A stretch of DNA of 64,000 nt from NCBI GenBank assembly GCA_051362555.1, contig CM120641.1, positions 2,356,001 through 2,420,000 on the forward strand, given 5' to 3'. The notes beneath the pieces were generated by a model. The model saw only the letters and a program-made list of their open reading frames with translations, searched no databases and had not been told where the DNA came from. Made by a program: the position numbers and the translations under genes. Shown here piece after piece: positions 24,798-35,603 of the stretch; the first letter of the stretch is position 1; every line of letters begins with the position of its first letter. This DNA comes from Lingula anatina. Taxonomy: Eukaryota > Animalia > Brachiopoda.

Positions 24798-27700
24798 AGT
24801 CTGATGTGATGCTGTGGTAAAGACCGATTTTTGAATCTTGGAATGGAAAAATTATCAAATGATTTCAAATGCTCCATTAATTATAACTGCGAAGCATTTA
24901 CATTATTTGAGATGGAAAAAATAATATTAATATTTATATTTGTAATTTAATTTATAAGTATTTTTCTCATGTTACTTTCACGTGTGATTTGCTTATTAAG
25001 TGGTGATAGTAAGAATCAATTAATATGGAAAAGCATTTTGTAGATTTGTTTTATGCTGGTGCTTTTTATATGCTACATCAACGTCTATTACTCTGTATAT
25101 AGCTTCAACAAAAGAAATGTTTTTGAATACTCTGATATCACACTAATAGTAGACTTTGTACACCCTCACCATCTTAAGCTTCTAAATAATATTATATAGA
25201 ATACATGTTATTATAAAATTTTTCATCAGTTATCAAGAAGGTTATTCTCCTAAGGTAGGTGTCAGTATTAACATTAAGCTACTGTACAGTTATATGAAAG
25301 CTTTGGTACATGTAAATTGTATGCTATTATATTCTGAGGCTGAAAATGATTGTGCATTGAACTGCCTAACTCATCAATTTACAGGATTTCTTTATTACTT
25401 AATTAGAACCCAGTAATGTCTAGCGAAGTAATATGCCCAGATCACAGTCAACTTGCTCGCTTGCCACTATTGATGATATTGCCTTCGTTAGCCAAGGGTT
25501 TTCTTTAAGTGAGGCGTAGCTGTCAGTTTGTCAAGATGAGTTTCATATTGTTCTAATTCCCACATGCTTCATAAGTTGTGTCATTGACTGAATGTCTGCA
25601 GGGTCTGTAGTCGTCAGACGACATTATTGACACAGGGTACTTCATATTTGGATGCAGCCCCCACATCAAAGAATGCAGTGTGTGCATTTCCAGCCATTAC
25701 TGATAATGTGCCAAGAGAGATATGGGAGAGATAACGTTGCATTAGAAGATGAGCTCCATTAGCAGGAAGCAAATACTGCAAGATTTCTCACGACTAAAAA
25801 CGCTTTCTTCGTTTATTTTCTGACATTGCATCTATGGATAAAATTACCAGTGTTTTACTACTGTGCTGCAATGCAGACAAGGTAGGAAGATATTGAATTT
25901 GAGAAGTATCAAAGGTATAATGTGGTTGATTTTGCAATTGATTTATCAGTTTGAGATATAAACTGTAGCATCCATGGGTCATGGCACAGATGCGTTTCTG
26001 CTGTGTTAAACATGGTAGTACAGACAGAGTAGGGGAAAGTGATAATTAAGTGAAGAAGAACAACTTCTGTAATACTATATGGAAAATATTAGTTGGTCAA
26101 TTCTGTAATTATCATATGATTCTGAATTTCTACATCCAAAGATAAAATCATCCACATCAAAAAAGTGTTGCGAAAAATCTGACAGTATGAGGAATATATG
26201 ATAGTATAAATTAATCTATATAAGCTATAATTTTGTAGCCTCTATAGGGTAATTTTATGACCCCTATGACATGATGGCAACATAAATACCCCAATATTAA
26301 ACATGGCCAGTTTTGCCATCCTTGCTACATGGATACATGATTAATGAAGAAGCCTGTATCGTCATATTCTATGGGTTTCAATAATGTGGAATATTAATTA
26401 AAAATGACCTGGTCAGTGCATGCAGAGTGTGCTGTTTGAGTTAGTGAGTTCCATACTCAATAATTACATTGAAGACTAAAATGTCTGTGTTGCCATAGTA
26501 TAAGTCTAACAACACCTGCTCCTCATAGAAGGTCTCATTTATATAAATACAACTGAGGTGTGATGATGTCTTATATGTTATAATACATATAATTTTACCA
26601 GGTTTATGAAATATGGATTCTTTTTCTTGTTCGATTGTAGTTTTCAATGGAATCAGAATACACAGAATATATAGAAAGACTGGCTACTTCTGCTAATTGC
26701 ATTTAGAACATACCCAGGGTAATTGTCACATGACAAGGTTATGTTAGTGTGGATATCCCTGGACTTGGTGGTGTTTGCCAAGATGGAATATTGTGCCATT
26801 TGCTTCAGTCACCATGTGCTCAGAGAAAAGTACTATTTAAGGTTAAAGAGAGGGGGTGGGGTGGGGTGGGGGGGAATAACTGACCCTCCATACTCTCCTT
26901 TCCTATCTCTAGTGAAAAAAAGGATTTCCTAAATTTTCAACCCTTGTGAAGCAGTGGAATACCTTTTTATATAAATTTAATGGTAAAATGATGAAAATGT
27001 TGAGTGCATAGCTGTAACTACTGCCATACATTACCAATGCTATCAGGAATCTCTGCTGCATTTGTTCTAATCCTAACTGTTCTCTCTACTGCATTGTGAT
27101 GCATGTGTTCTGTTTGTTAAAAATGGAGAGAAACCTTCAGTGTTTTACTACATGGAAACCATAAAATATTATATTAACTCAGCTCAAGCCATTGATGTTG
27201 ATTTAATTCACTCTGAAGTATGTATGCAATATCATATAGTTGTGAACCTAACTGCGTCAAGTGCCATGAACAGCTGTTGACCATTACACTAATTATGGTG
27301 ATGTTGTAGAGGTTTCCCAAACAAAACTGCTGTAAATCAGTAGTCAGTAAACATTGAGAATGATCTTTATACTTTATAAAAGTTAAGTACACTTCAAATT
27401 AAGATTTTCAAATATGGGGGTGGTTGTAACAATAGTGTCATAATGTTGGGCTCAAGAAAATGTCCTCAGACAGATTTTTTTTCAGTCAAACCAATAGAAA
27501 TTTTCAAAAAAGAAGGCTAATATTTAGCTTAAATATTTTAAGTCTAAAGATCCATGTGATGTGCCATTGTTAACCCAGAGTAATGAGTAGGTCAAATAAG
27601 GCACACATTGTGGAACATGGTTTGCAATATGGAACAATAGTTGATGAATGATATGTCATTTTAGCTTGCAAGTTGTTATCTTACGTTTTATCTTATCATA

Positions 27701-30471
27701 CTGTTCTGCCTGCTTCGTCTCTCCCGTTCTTGGATGTACCAGGTGGAAATCATTCTCAGTCAATAAATCAAGACATTTTCTATTTGTTTTTCTTAGGGAA
27801 AGTTATTTCTGTATTGTGGGTGTAACTTGAGGTTGAGAGCTTTTCAGCTTATCTACTTAATTCTCCCTCTCCAGATGCACAGCATATCAGCAAATAAGAG
27901 TTCATCCTATCTCTTATGCAGACAACAAACATAAAAGCTAATAGTCAAGGCTAGCAGGTATGTACAAGTCATCTTCATTGGCCTTGACACTTGGGGTGGT
28001 ATTTCACACAGGAGTGTTCAGACTCTCTGAGCAGCCTGGTGACCTTCAGTGTATGTGTGTAATGTGATCTGTGCCATGTGACATAAGCTGTATATTCTGG
28101 GAGCAAGTGGCTGGCTGGTTCCTGTCCTTTGTTTCAGACAGTTGGAGGGAGTTTTGTCTGGTAAGAAACGTGCAAAAGTGGAAGCATGTGAAATTCAGCG
28201 AATCCTGATGGGGATGTGGAAACTTTACAGACAGACTGGTTCCATTTTAGATGAATTTGGCACCAGTTTACTTGCATTCCTTCTGAGTTCAGATTTAGAA
28301 CAGCTAGTACTGTAGTGTTTTCTATGGGCTACTTGCACTCCCTATTGCAGCCTATTTCAATGTATATGTGTTATCTTAAGGTAATATTATAGCTTGGCTG
28401 TCTGTCAAACAACAGGTACCCCAGAGAAGGAGGCACTTTGTATGTACACAGGGGAAGATTGTGTGGTATGAACAGCTTTAGGGTCCAGTAATATTCCAAT
28501 GTTTTAGTAGTGCATTGCCATCAGGCTCTTGGATGTGAACTTGATATTTGTTTATCTGGCGAGTTTATATTTTTTGTTATCCTTACCACAGTGAGCCAAT
28601 TTTCAAATTAATTCCCCAATTATAGAATGTAATGCAGACTTGGCACCAATTGGTGTAGTTTAAACAATGGACTGCAGGGTAACTGAAAGTCAGGAATTTG
28701 ATTTTTTTTCTCAACATGCCATTTGCTTAAACTTTATTTCTGTCTAGTAAATTGAAGACTTTGGAAAATAATTTTATGCAGCACGTAAATAAGTAGTAGT
28801 ACTGTAAAAATTATCAAATTGTCAGAGTTAGCAACTGGGTGCTTTTAGCATGTGAATTCTTCGAAAGGAAGTAAATATGTAGAGAATTTTTTGATGATGT
28901 CACTCTTTAATAAGAAAAGTTATAATGTTTGAGGCCAAAGGCTGTCAAATACAAATCAATCCATTACACTTGCTTACATGCTGGCAGCCTTTGATGCTGA
29001 GAGTAAGAAATAGGCTACTGGTACTGGTAGTTCTCTCGGAACTTCTTTGCTGATAGTGAAAGCTGTCGCTGTAATGCACCACCAGCCATTAGTATGGCCG
29101 CATGGTTTTGCGCGGCGTGTGAATTGAGGTTCTAAATGGCTGTCACCTCCTGTTCCAGCTTGCAGCCTGCTGGGTGGGACCCCGTTTCTAATGTCATTAA
29201 AAGTTTTCCTGCCAGATGACACACGGAGTGGCAATAAAACTGGTGATTGGCACATAGTTTAGAAATGTTTATGTATGTCAACCTAGTTCATGACATGTAA
29301 GGTGCACAGTAGCAAGTATGTGAATATATCTAATATGTAAACGTGTACATATTTATTCATTTATTGTTTTTGATTGAAACTACTGTCACATTTGCAGACA
29401 CCATCAATACCATAAAGGTTTCCAATATAGGGCAACGTTTCAGTAAAGTCGCTGACATGAGATTGGAAAGATTTTTTTTGTAATTTTAACCTAACTAGAT
29501 GTTAACTGAGTGCAAAAAGAAAACGGGTTTGCGATTTATTTTTTATTGCCACTAAAACAGTAGAAGCCATTCACATAACATGTAAAAAATCCTTTTTTCT
29601 CATGTGCCCACTGGCACATATTTTGGGAGGTGAACTGTGCCTATTACATAAACTAAAACAGTTGCAGTTTTTCATCGTACTGCCTCCCACTCGGTGGCAG
29701 TCATTGGGATTCTGGAAAATTTACCAAATTCTTTTTCCATGATGAAGCAATACTGCTTGGCCACAGATACATAATTATAGAGATTCTTTATTGATTATCC
29801 CTAAATGGCATACATGTTCAATGTGTAACAAAACGATTATAGTAGAAATAATTTCTCTTGAAATTTATTCTTTGCCATTTCTGCCAATGAGGACATTGAC
29901 AAAATTAAAGACTATAAAGTCCTGTTTCTTATTTTGTAAATTTTGAGATCTCATTATGGAGATGGAGACTGGTGAATTTCACCTATAATGATAGAAATTA
30001 GACATTTAAACCTTGGAAACTATCCTTATTTTCTCAACAGTTTTGAAAGGAAATGGGGCTTAAGGGAAAATTGGTGAAATCCCTAGGAAAATAGCAATGA
30101 TTATTATAATTTTTTTTTGTGCTGTGCCAAGGCTAAACATGCTGTTGCACATTTTATGCCTTTAGATTTCCTATTTGAACTTCAGAAAAAAGTTGGATCA
30201 TAATGAGAATATGCTATAAATTGTCTTTTAGTAGAGTCCTTGATAATATCTTATACTGTAGCCCTACTATTAATTGGACCATTGATAATCATAAATTGGT
30301 TTATCTAATTGAAATCACATGTAAATGTGTGAACTGCACTTCTCAAATTCTAGCATGTAGTAAGTGCCCTGTGTGAGGTTACAAGGTAATTGAATTCATG
30401 TCAGGTATTATGCAGAAAAATGCAGCAATGTTTCTGATTACAATGTTTCTCAATTTGTTCTAGGAACATAT

Positions 30472-30893
30472 TGTCGGAGACATTTAATAATTCATGGACG
30501 ATGTCTATAATTTCAAGTCATAACTTTTATTATTCTCCATAATACATTGTGTCAATTTTGAAGAGGCTGAGTAAGGCTTGTGTACCTGTCGCATTAAGAA
30601 GCCAGTGATAAGAAGTGCATGAAGCCATTGGCTGGAGTATGTACTAAAAGTGTGTAATATTGAATAGAGAATCAGAATGTACCTGAGCAGGCAACGAGTT
30701 CACATTAAACGATTGAAACTGGTCATTTTTGTCAGTGTGGATTTCCTCTGTAGCGTCTAGACGTAAAGATTTCGACCGCGAATCTGGAAGGCTATATACT
30801 AAAGCGTTATCCTAACTAAGATATCCAACGGTGTCCGCATTTCGAGCTCAAGTCTAAATTACGTTTATATCTAAAATTGCGTGGTTCCGGACA
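30472..30893 (+). repeat. 5' LTR
   Basis: TGTCGGAGAC...GTTCCGGACA; direct repeat of 38875-39296. Confidence 0.97.
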
Positions 30894-30898
30894 CGTTT

Positions 30899-30914
30899 TG
30901 GCGTCGCTCGCCAG
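30899..30914 (+). promoter_or_regulatory. Putative primer-binding site (primer tRNA not identified)
   Basis: TGGCGTCGCTCGCCAG begins 5 nt after the LTR. TGG-C fits a tRNA CCA end with a G discriminator (Ser/Asn/Arg-like). Confidence 0.6.
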
Positions 30915-30957
30915 TTAAATTTTTACGTTTCGCAAGAGGAATATCTGAGCTTACACA

Positions 30958-32037
30958 ATGGCCGAGGGGATGCAGCAACTCGTGGAGACGCTGCAAATAA
31001 TTGCACAGGACATTCAAGGAGGGCATGTGCGTTCTATCAAAGAGAAGAGAATAGAAGAGGCGGCTAAAGGTATAACAGTCTGCGACGGAGCGGTGGTGTC
31101 GGAGGTAAGATCGTACCTAGACGACTTAGAGGTAATGTATGCTTCTTTACATGATATTGTCGGGGGAGCAGTTAAATTGGTAACGAAAACGTCAAGGGGG
31201 GCCCTCAGGAGGGAGATAGAGAGGTTTTTGCAAACGCAGCCAGAAAGGTTGGAAACCCCGTGGAGAGTTATTAAAGAACACATTCAACGTTCTTTTTTGT
31301 CTGCGAATGAATCCGAGCGCCTTAAATCGGAATTGGAGGTTTTACGTCAAGCATCGTTCGAGACGTTGTTGGAATTTAATAGAAGGTTTAGGGAGGCGGC
31401 AAGTCGCGCGTACGCCGCTCCACGTGGCGCGGATACGGAAAGATTTATAGTAAGAGCCTATACGCGCGGATTGTTGAATCAGCAATTGGCTGAGGAATTA
31501 ATTGTCAGGGGCCGACCTGAGACTCTGGAGGCTGCCATTCAGTGGACCGAAAACGAAAATTGCGGGAGAGAAATCTTTAGGCAAATGACCACGCAGGGTC
31601 ACCACGCGCCGCAAACTAACACCATCACACAAAACAAATTCGCCGAGAAAGTTTTTTCACCCAGAGTAGAGGAAGATATGGACATATCTTCTGTTAACGT
31701 GGTCAATAAAGATACTGCACTGCTTTTATCTCAACTACAGGAAACCTCTAAACACATACAACAGGCACTAAAAGCACAGGAGCAAATGCAAACGCGTATA
31801 GCAAAAGTGGAAACGCGCGTATACAACTCCCCAAACCCCACTCCAAAATCGCACAAACATACACAGAGGCCACACCAACAGTCGCGTTCGCAGGGAAGTT
31901 ACAGTGTACCGCGAGGGGTCCGAGATAATACTGGCAGGCGTGAGGAGAGTACGATACGATGTTTTCACTGTAACAAACCGGGTCATAAAAAAGCGGAATG
32001 TTACCAACTCAGACGACAGAGGAACCATTTAAACTAG
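30958..32037 (+). CDS. gag: Gag polyprotein (capsid-like domain plus CCHC zinc knuckle)
   Basis: 359-aa ORF just after the PBS. MHR-like LRQASFETLLEFNRRFRE and knuckle CFHCNKPGHKKAEC (31960-32001). Confidence 0.92.
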   Translation: MAEGMQQLVETLQIIAQDIQGGHVRSIKEKRIEEAAKGITVCDGAVVSEVRSYLDDLEVMYASLHDIVGGAVKLVTKTSRGALRREIERFLQTQPERLETPWRVIKEHIQRSFLSANESERLKSELEVLRQASFETLLEFNRRFREAASRAYAAPRGADTERFIVRAYTRGLLNQQLAEELIVRGRPETLEAAIQWTENENCGREIFRQMTTQGHHAPQTNTITQNKFAEKVFSPRVEEDMDISSVNVVNKDTALLLSQLQETSKHIQQALKAQEQMQTRIAKVETRVYNSPNPTPKSHKHTQRPHQQSRSQGSYSVPRGVRDNTGRREESTIRCFHCNKPGHKKAECYQLRRQRNHLN

Positions 32038-35000
32038 TTACGGCAGGCGCTATGACCAAACCACTAAGTTATAGATTAGGCGTTTCACTATCCGTTAGCG
32101 GCGTGCAGTGCAAAAGTTTGATTGACAGTGGTGCCAGTTGTAGTTGCCTGCGTTTAGACATGTTTTTAAAGATCTGCAAAGCAACGGGTAGAACGTGTTT
32201 TTTAGAGAAGACAAACGAAATTTACAGTGTGTCGGGAGAGAAACTCGAGGTCAAAGGCAAAGCAAGAATAAAAATTGACGGGGCCAGCATTTTCGAGGTA
32301 GTAGTGATCGCGAATATTGAGCATGAAATGATACTGGGGATCGATATTTTAAAGAGCGGGAACGCGGAAATAAATTGTGTACAAAAAACAATGGTTTTCT
32401 TCGGCAAAGAATGGTCTTTGACCGACTACGGACGGCCAGGTCTGATCGCGGAAATAGTTCAGTTGCCACCGTCATCGGGAAATGACGATATTGACGCGAT
32501 GATCAACGAATACCGCGACGTATTTAGTTCTACCGAGAATCCCCTAGGCAAATGCGACCTGTTGCCGATGATAATCGACACCGGAGACAATAGACCCGTT
32601 CAACAACGAGCTTATCGCGCACCACTAGCAAAAAGGGAACTCATAGAAAAGGAAATACAAAATTTGCTCGATAATGACGTGATTAGGCCGAGTCACAGTC
32701 AGTGGAGTTCCCCGGTACTTCTTACGCCGAAATCGGACGGTTCCATGAGATTTTGCGTCGATTACCGCAAAATAAACGAGATAACAAAGGTCGATAGGTA
32801 CCCGTTGCCACTTATCAGCGACATCTTTGACAACATGGGAGGAGCGGCGTATTTTAGCGTCCTGGACCTGAAACAGGGGTTTCACCAGTGCACGTTAGAC
32901 GAGGCAGATATGCATAAAACCGCTTTTATTTGCCACAAAGGTCTATTTGAATACAAACGCGTCCCTTTTGGTTTGGTTAACGGACCTAATCACTACCAGA
33001 AGCTGTTAGATCGCGTTTTAAACGGCCTTATTGGGAAGTCGGTGTACTGTTACATAGACGACTGCGTGATTTTCTCGAAAACAATGGAGGAACATGTCGA
33101 ACATGTGCGTCAGGTTTTAGAAAGATTCCGCGAAGCTAACCTCAAAATCCACCCAAAGAAATGCGAATTTGCCAAAGGTGAAGTACATCTCCTTGGTTAC
33201 ATCATAAGCAAAGACGGGATTCGCAGCAATCCCGACAAATTACAACCAATTAAAAACATGCCGACGCCGCGGAAAGCGAAAGATGTTAGGTCCTTTTTAG
33301 GCACCTGTAACTATTATGCGCGTACGGTCCCTGATTTTGCGAGAGTAGCAGCCCCATTGTACAAACTAACGAAGAAAAACGAGCGATTTGAGTGGAGGGA
33401 AGAGCATCAGAGAAGTTTCGACAGATTAAAAGAACTGCTGATGTCCAACAAAGTGATGGCACACCCGCGAATAAACGAGCCGTACAAACTTTACACAGAC
33501 GCTTGTAATCACGCGATAGGCGGTGTTTTGGTGCAGACGGACGAGCAAGGGGAAGATAGAGTGATTCAGTATGTCAGCCACAAACTGTCACCTAGTCAAC
33601 AAAGGTATTCTACCATCGAAAAAGAAGCTTACGCGGTTATGTACAATGTCAACAAATTGCGACCGTATTTGTGGGGCGCGGATTTGACCATTTACACCGA
33701 TCATAAGCCCTTGAAAGCGCTATTTTCTTCTAAACTGCAAAATGCGAGATTGCAAAGATGGGCGGCAATTTTAGCTGAATACAATCCTAAAATTGAATAC
33801 ATAAAAGGCGCGAAAAACGTGTGCGCGGATTTTTTGAGTAGACTCCCATCAGAGCGCGAGGAAATAGCCATTATCGACACGGAAGAGGATTGGGTGGATC
33901 CAAGGTCATTTCCGGATAGCATGGCTTTACATAACATCCCAATTGAAGCCGATGGGTTAAATGTTGATGATATAAGACAACACCAAACCGCGGAATTTCC
34001 GGCGGAGATAGCTGAAGCCCAAAACGAAGACTCAGATTACGAAATTCTCCAAGGGATTCTTTACTCGGTCAGACCACCTAATCCGACAGAGCCCGATTAT
34101 CCGCGTTTATTGCTGCCTAAACAGTTCAGAAACAATATCATTGACCGCTGCCATAAAGATGTGGGACACATGTCCGTTTATAAAACCCTTTGTCGTGTCA
34201 GGGAATGTTATGTTTGGAAAGGGATGAGGAAACACATTTCTAAATGGGTAAAACGATGTCCGACTTGTCTAGCCCATAAAAGCACCCCCCAAAGAACGAC
34301 CCTAGGTGAATTGCCAATGCCCGCTTACCCATTTCAAATAGTGGGAATGGATTTGATCGGTCCGTTTCAAGAGTCACCAAAGGGGAACAGGTATTGTTTG
34401 AATGTTATCTGTCACTTAACAGGCTGGGCCGAAAGTTATCCCATTCCGGACAAGTCTTCAAAAGCAGTCGAATTGGCTTTAGCTACAGATTTCTTTCCCA
34501 GACATAGCATACCAGAAATTATCATCACAGATAGAGGGAGCGAATTTAGTGCGGGGGAATTTCGCAATTATCTTCAAACAATGGGTGTAGATCATAGGCG
34601 GACTACAGCTTATAATCCCAAATGTAATGGCAAAGTTGAAAAATTTAATCAATGTTTCAAAGGATTATTGGCCCGCCTTGTTAACAACAATACTCGCACC
34701 TGGGAAGAACAGATAGCTAATGCTTTGTTTGCTTACAGGAATAGCGTTTCCTCAGTGACGGGTTTCACACCTTTTTTCCTAGTTTATGGCAGGAACCCAA
34801 GGATGCCATTGTCAACATTGGTAGGTGCAACAAATAATCACCATCCTCTGAAAGGTCGGCTTAGTGACCTATCGGATTCTTTAACGGCAGCCCGAGATAA
34901 TCTTCAGGCAGCTAGACTTGAGAACAAAAGGCGATTCGATGCTAAGGCGAACGCCAACAAAATAGAGGTAGGTGATTCTGTTATTATCTTCGCACCTGAT

Positions 35001-35603
35001 AATGTGACGTTCGGATCTAAGTGGGACCCGATGTGGACAGTGACTAGACAAAGAGGCAATGTCTTCTGGGTAAGCCACCAGCAGACAGGTAAGTCACGTG
35101 TGGTAAACAGGGACAAATTGAGACTCGTGGACAGGGGTTTGGCGTGGGATCAAGTAAGACCACGTGCCCGCCGTGTATTTAAGAGACGACCCAACCCAGT
35201 AAGAGCTGAGTTGCAACTTGGTACCACGCCAGTCAACATCAACGCTCCCAGGGCAGAGGTCACTCAGCACGCGGCGGTAAGTAAGCCCGACAGGCGTAGA
35301 CACATAGCCGACAGGGACGAATCCGAGCTACCGGTAAGTGTTACAGGTGAGTCACAGGCAGCTTCACGCAGGCCGACACTGCATGCAAAACGCACGCACA
35401 ACACCATAACACGACACCATACGCCTACGCATTCACATAATACCAGGTTTAGGAAGCGATGTCTTCAGGCGACGGAACAGGGAGACGCGCTGTTGTCGCA
35501 GGTGGAAGGGGACGAAACAGGGGGTCCCCAGCCAGTCAAAATGTCAAGGATAACCGACAGTGGGTCGGAGGAGCATATGGAAGTCGACTCCATACAGAAA
35601 TAA
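31998..35603 (+). CDS. pol: Pol polyprotein (protease, reverse transcriptase, RNase H, integrase), probably made by -1 frameshift from gag
   Basis: PR LIDSGAS; RT RFCVDYRKIN, LDLKQGFHQ, PFGL, YIDD; RNase H YTDAC, EKEAYA, TDHKPL, ADFLSR; IN zinc finger H..GH..CPTC and D-D-E core (GMDLIGP, ITDRGSEF, GKVEKFN). Confidence 0.96.
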   Translation: MLPTQTTEEPFKLVTAGAMTKPLSYRLGVSLSVSGVQCKSLIDSGASCSCLRLDMFLKICKATGRTCFLEKTNEIYSVSGEKLEVKGKARIKIDGASIFEVVVIANIEHEMILGIDILKSGNAEINCVQKTMVFFGKEWSLTDYGRPGLIAEIVQLPPSSGNDDIDAMINEYRDVFSSTENPLGKCDLLPMIIDTGDNRPVQQRAYRAPLAKRELIEKEIQNLLDNDVIRPSHSQWSSPVLLTPKSDGSMRFCVDYRKINEITKVDRYPLPLISDIFDNMGGAAYFSVLDLKQGFHQCTLDEADMHKTAFICHKGLFEYKRVPFGLVNGPNHYQKLLDRVLNGLIGKSVYCYIDDCVIFSKTMEEHVEHVRQVLERFREANLKIHPKKCEFAKGEVHLLGYIISKDGIRSNPDKLQPIKNMPTPRKAKDVRSFLGTCNYYARTVPDFARVAAPLYKLTKKNERFEWREEHQRSFDRLKELLMSNKVMAHPRINEPYKLYTDACNHAIGGVLVQTDEQGEDRVIQYVSHKLSPSQQRYSTIEKEAYAVMYNVNKLRPYLWGADLTIYTDHKPLKALFSSKLQNARLQRWAAILAEYNPKIEYIKGAKNVCADFLSRLPSEREEIAIIDTEEDWVDPRSFPDSMALHNIPIEADGLNVDDIRQHQTAEFPAEIAEAQNEDSDYEILQGILYSVRPPNPTEPDYPRLLLPKQFRNNIIDRCHKDVGHMSVYKTLCRVRECYVWKGMRKHISKWVKRCPTCLAHKSTPQRTTLGELPMPAYPFQIVGMDLIGPFQESPKGNRYCLNVICHLTGWAESYPIPDKSSKAVELALATDFFPRHSIPEIIITDRGSEFSAGEFRNYLQTMGVDHRRTTAYNPKCNGKVEKFNQCFKGLLARLVNNNTRTWEEQIANALFAYRNSVSSVTGFTPFFLVYGRNPRMPLSTLVGATNNHHPLKGRLSDLSDSLTAARDNLQAARLENKRRFDAKANANKIEVGDSVIIFAPDNVTFGSKWDPMWTVTRQRGNVFWVSHQQTGKSRVVNRDKLRLVDRGLAWDQVRPRARRVFKRRPNPVRAELQLGTTPVNINAPRAEVTQHAAVSKPDRRRHIADRDESELPVSVTGESQAASRRPTLHAKRTHNTITRHHTPTHSHNTRFRKRCLQATEQGDALLSQVEGDETGGPQPVKMSRITDSGSEEHMEVDSIQK

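Noticed and set aside
21500-30400. Scattered donor-like sites and short ORFs as exons of the downstream gene
   Set aside because: No consistent acceptor-ORF-donor chain or recognisable protein; non-coding exons cannot be excluded without RNA data.
35459-35597. ORF-track start of env
   Set aside because: It overlaps pol and adds ~46 Gly/Arg-rich residues before the signal peptide; a spliced start near 35598 seems more likely but is unproven.
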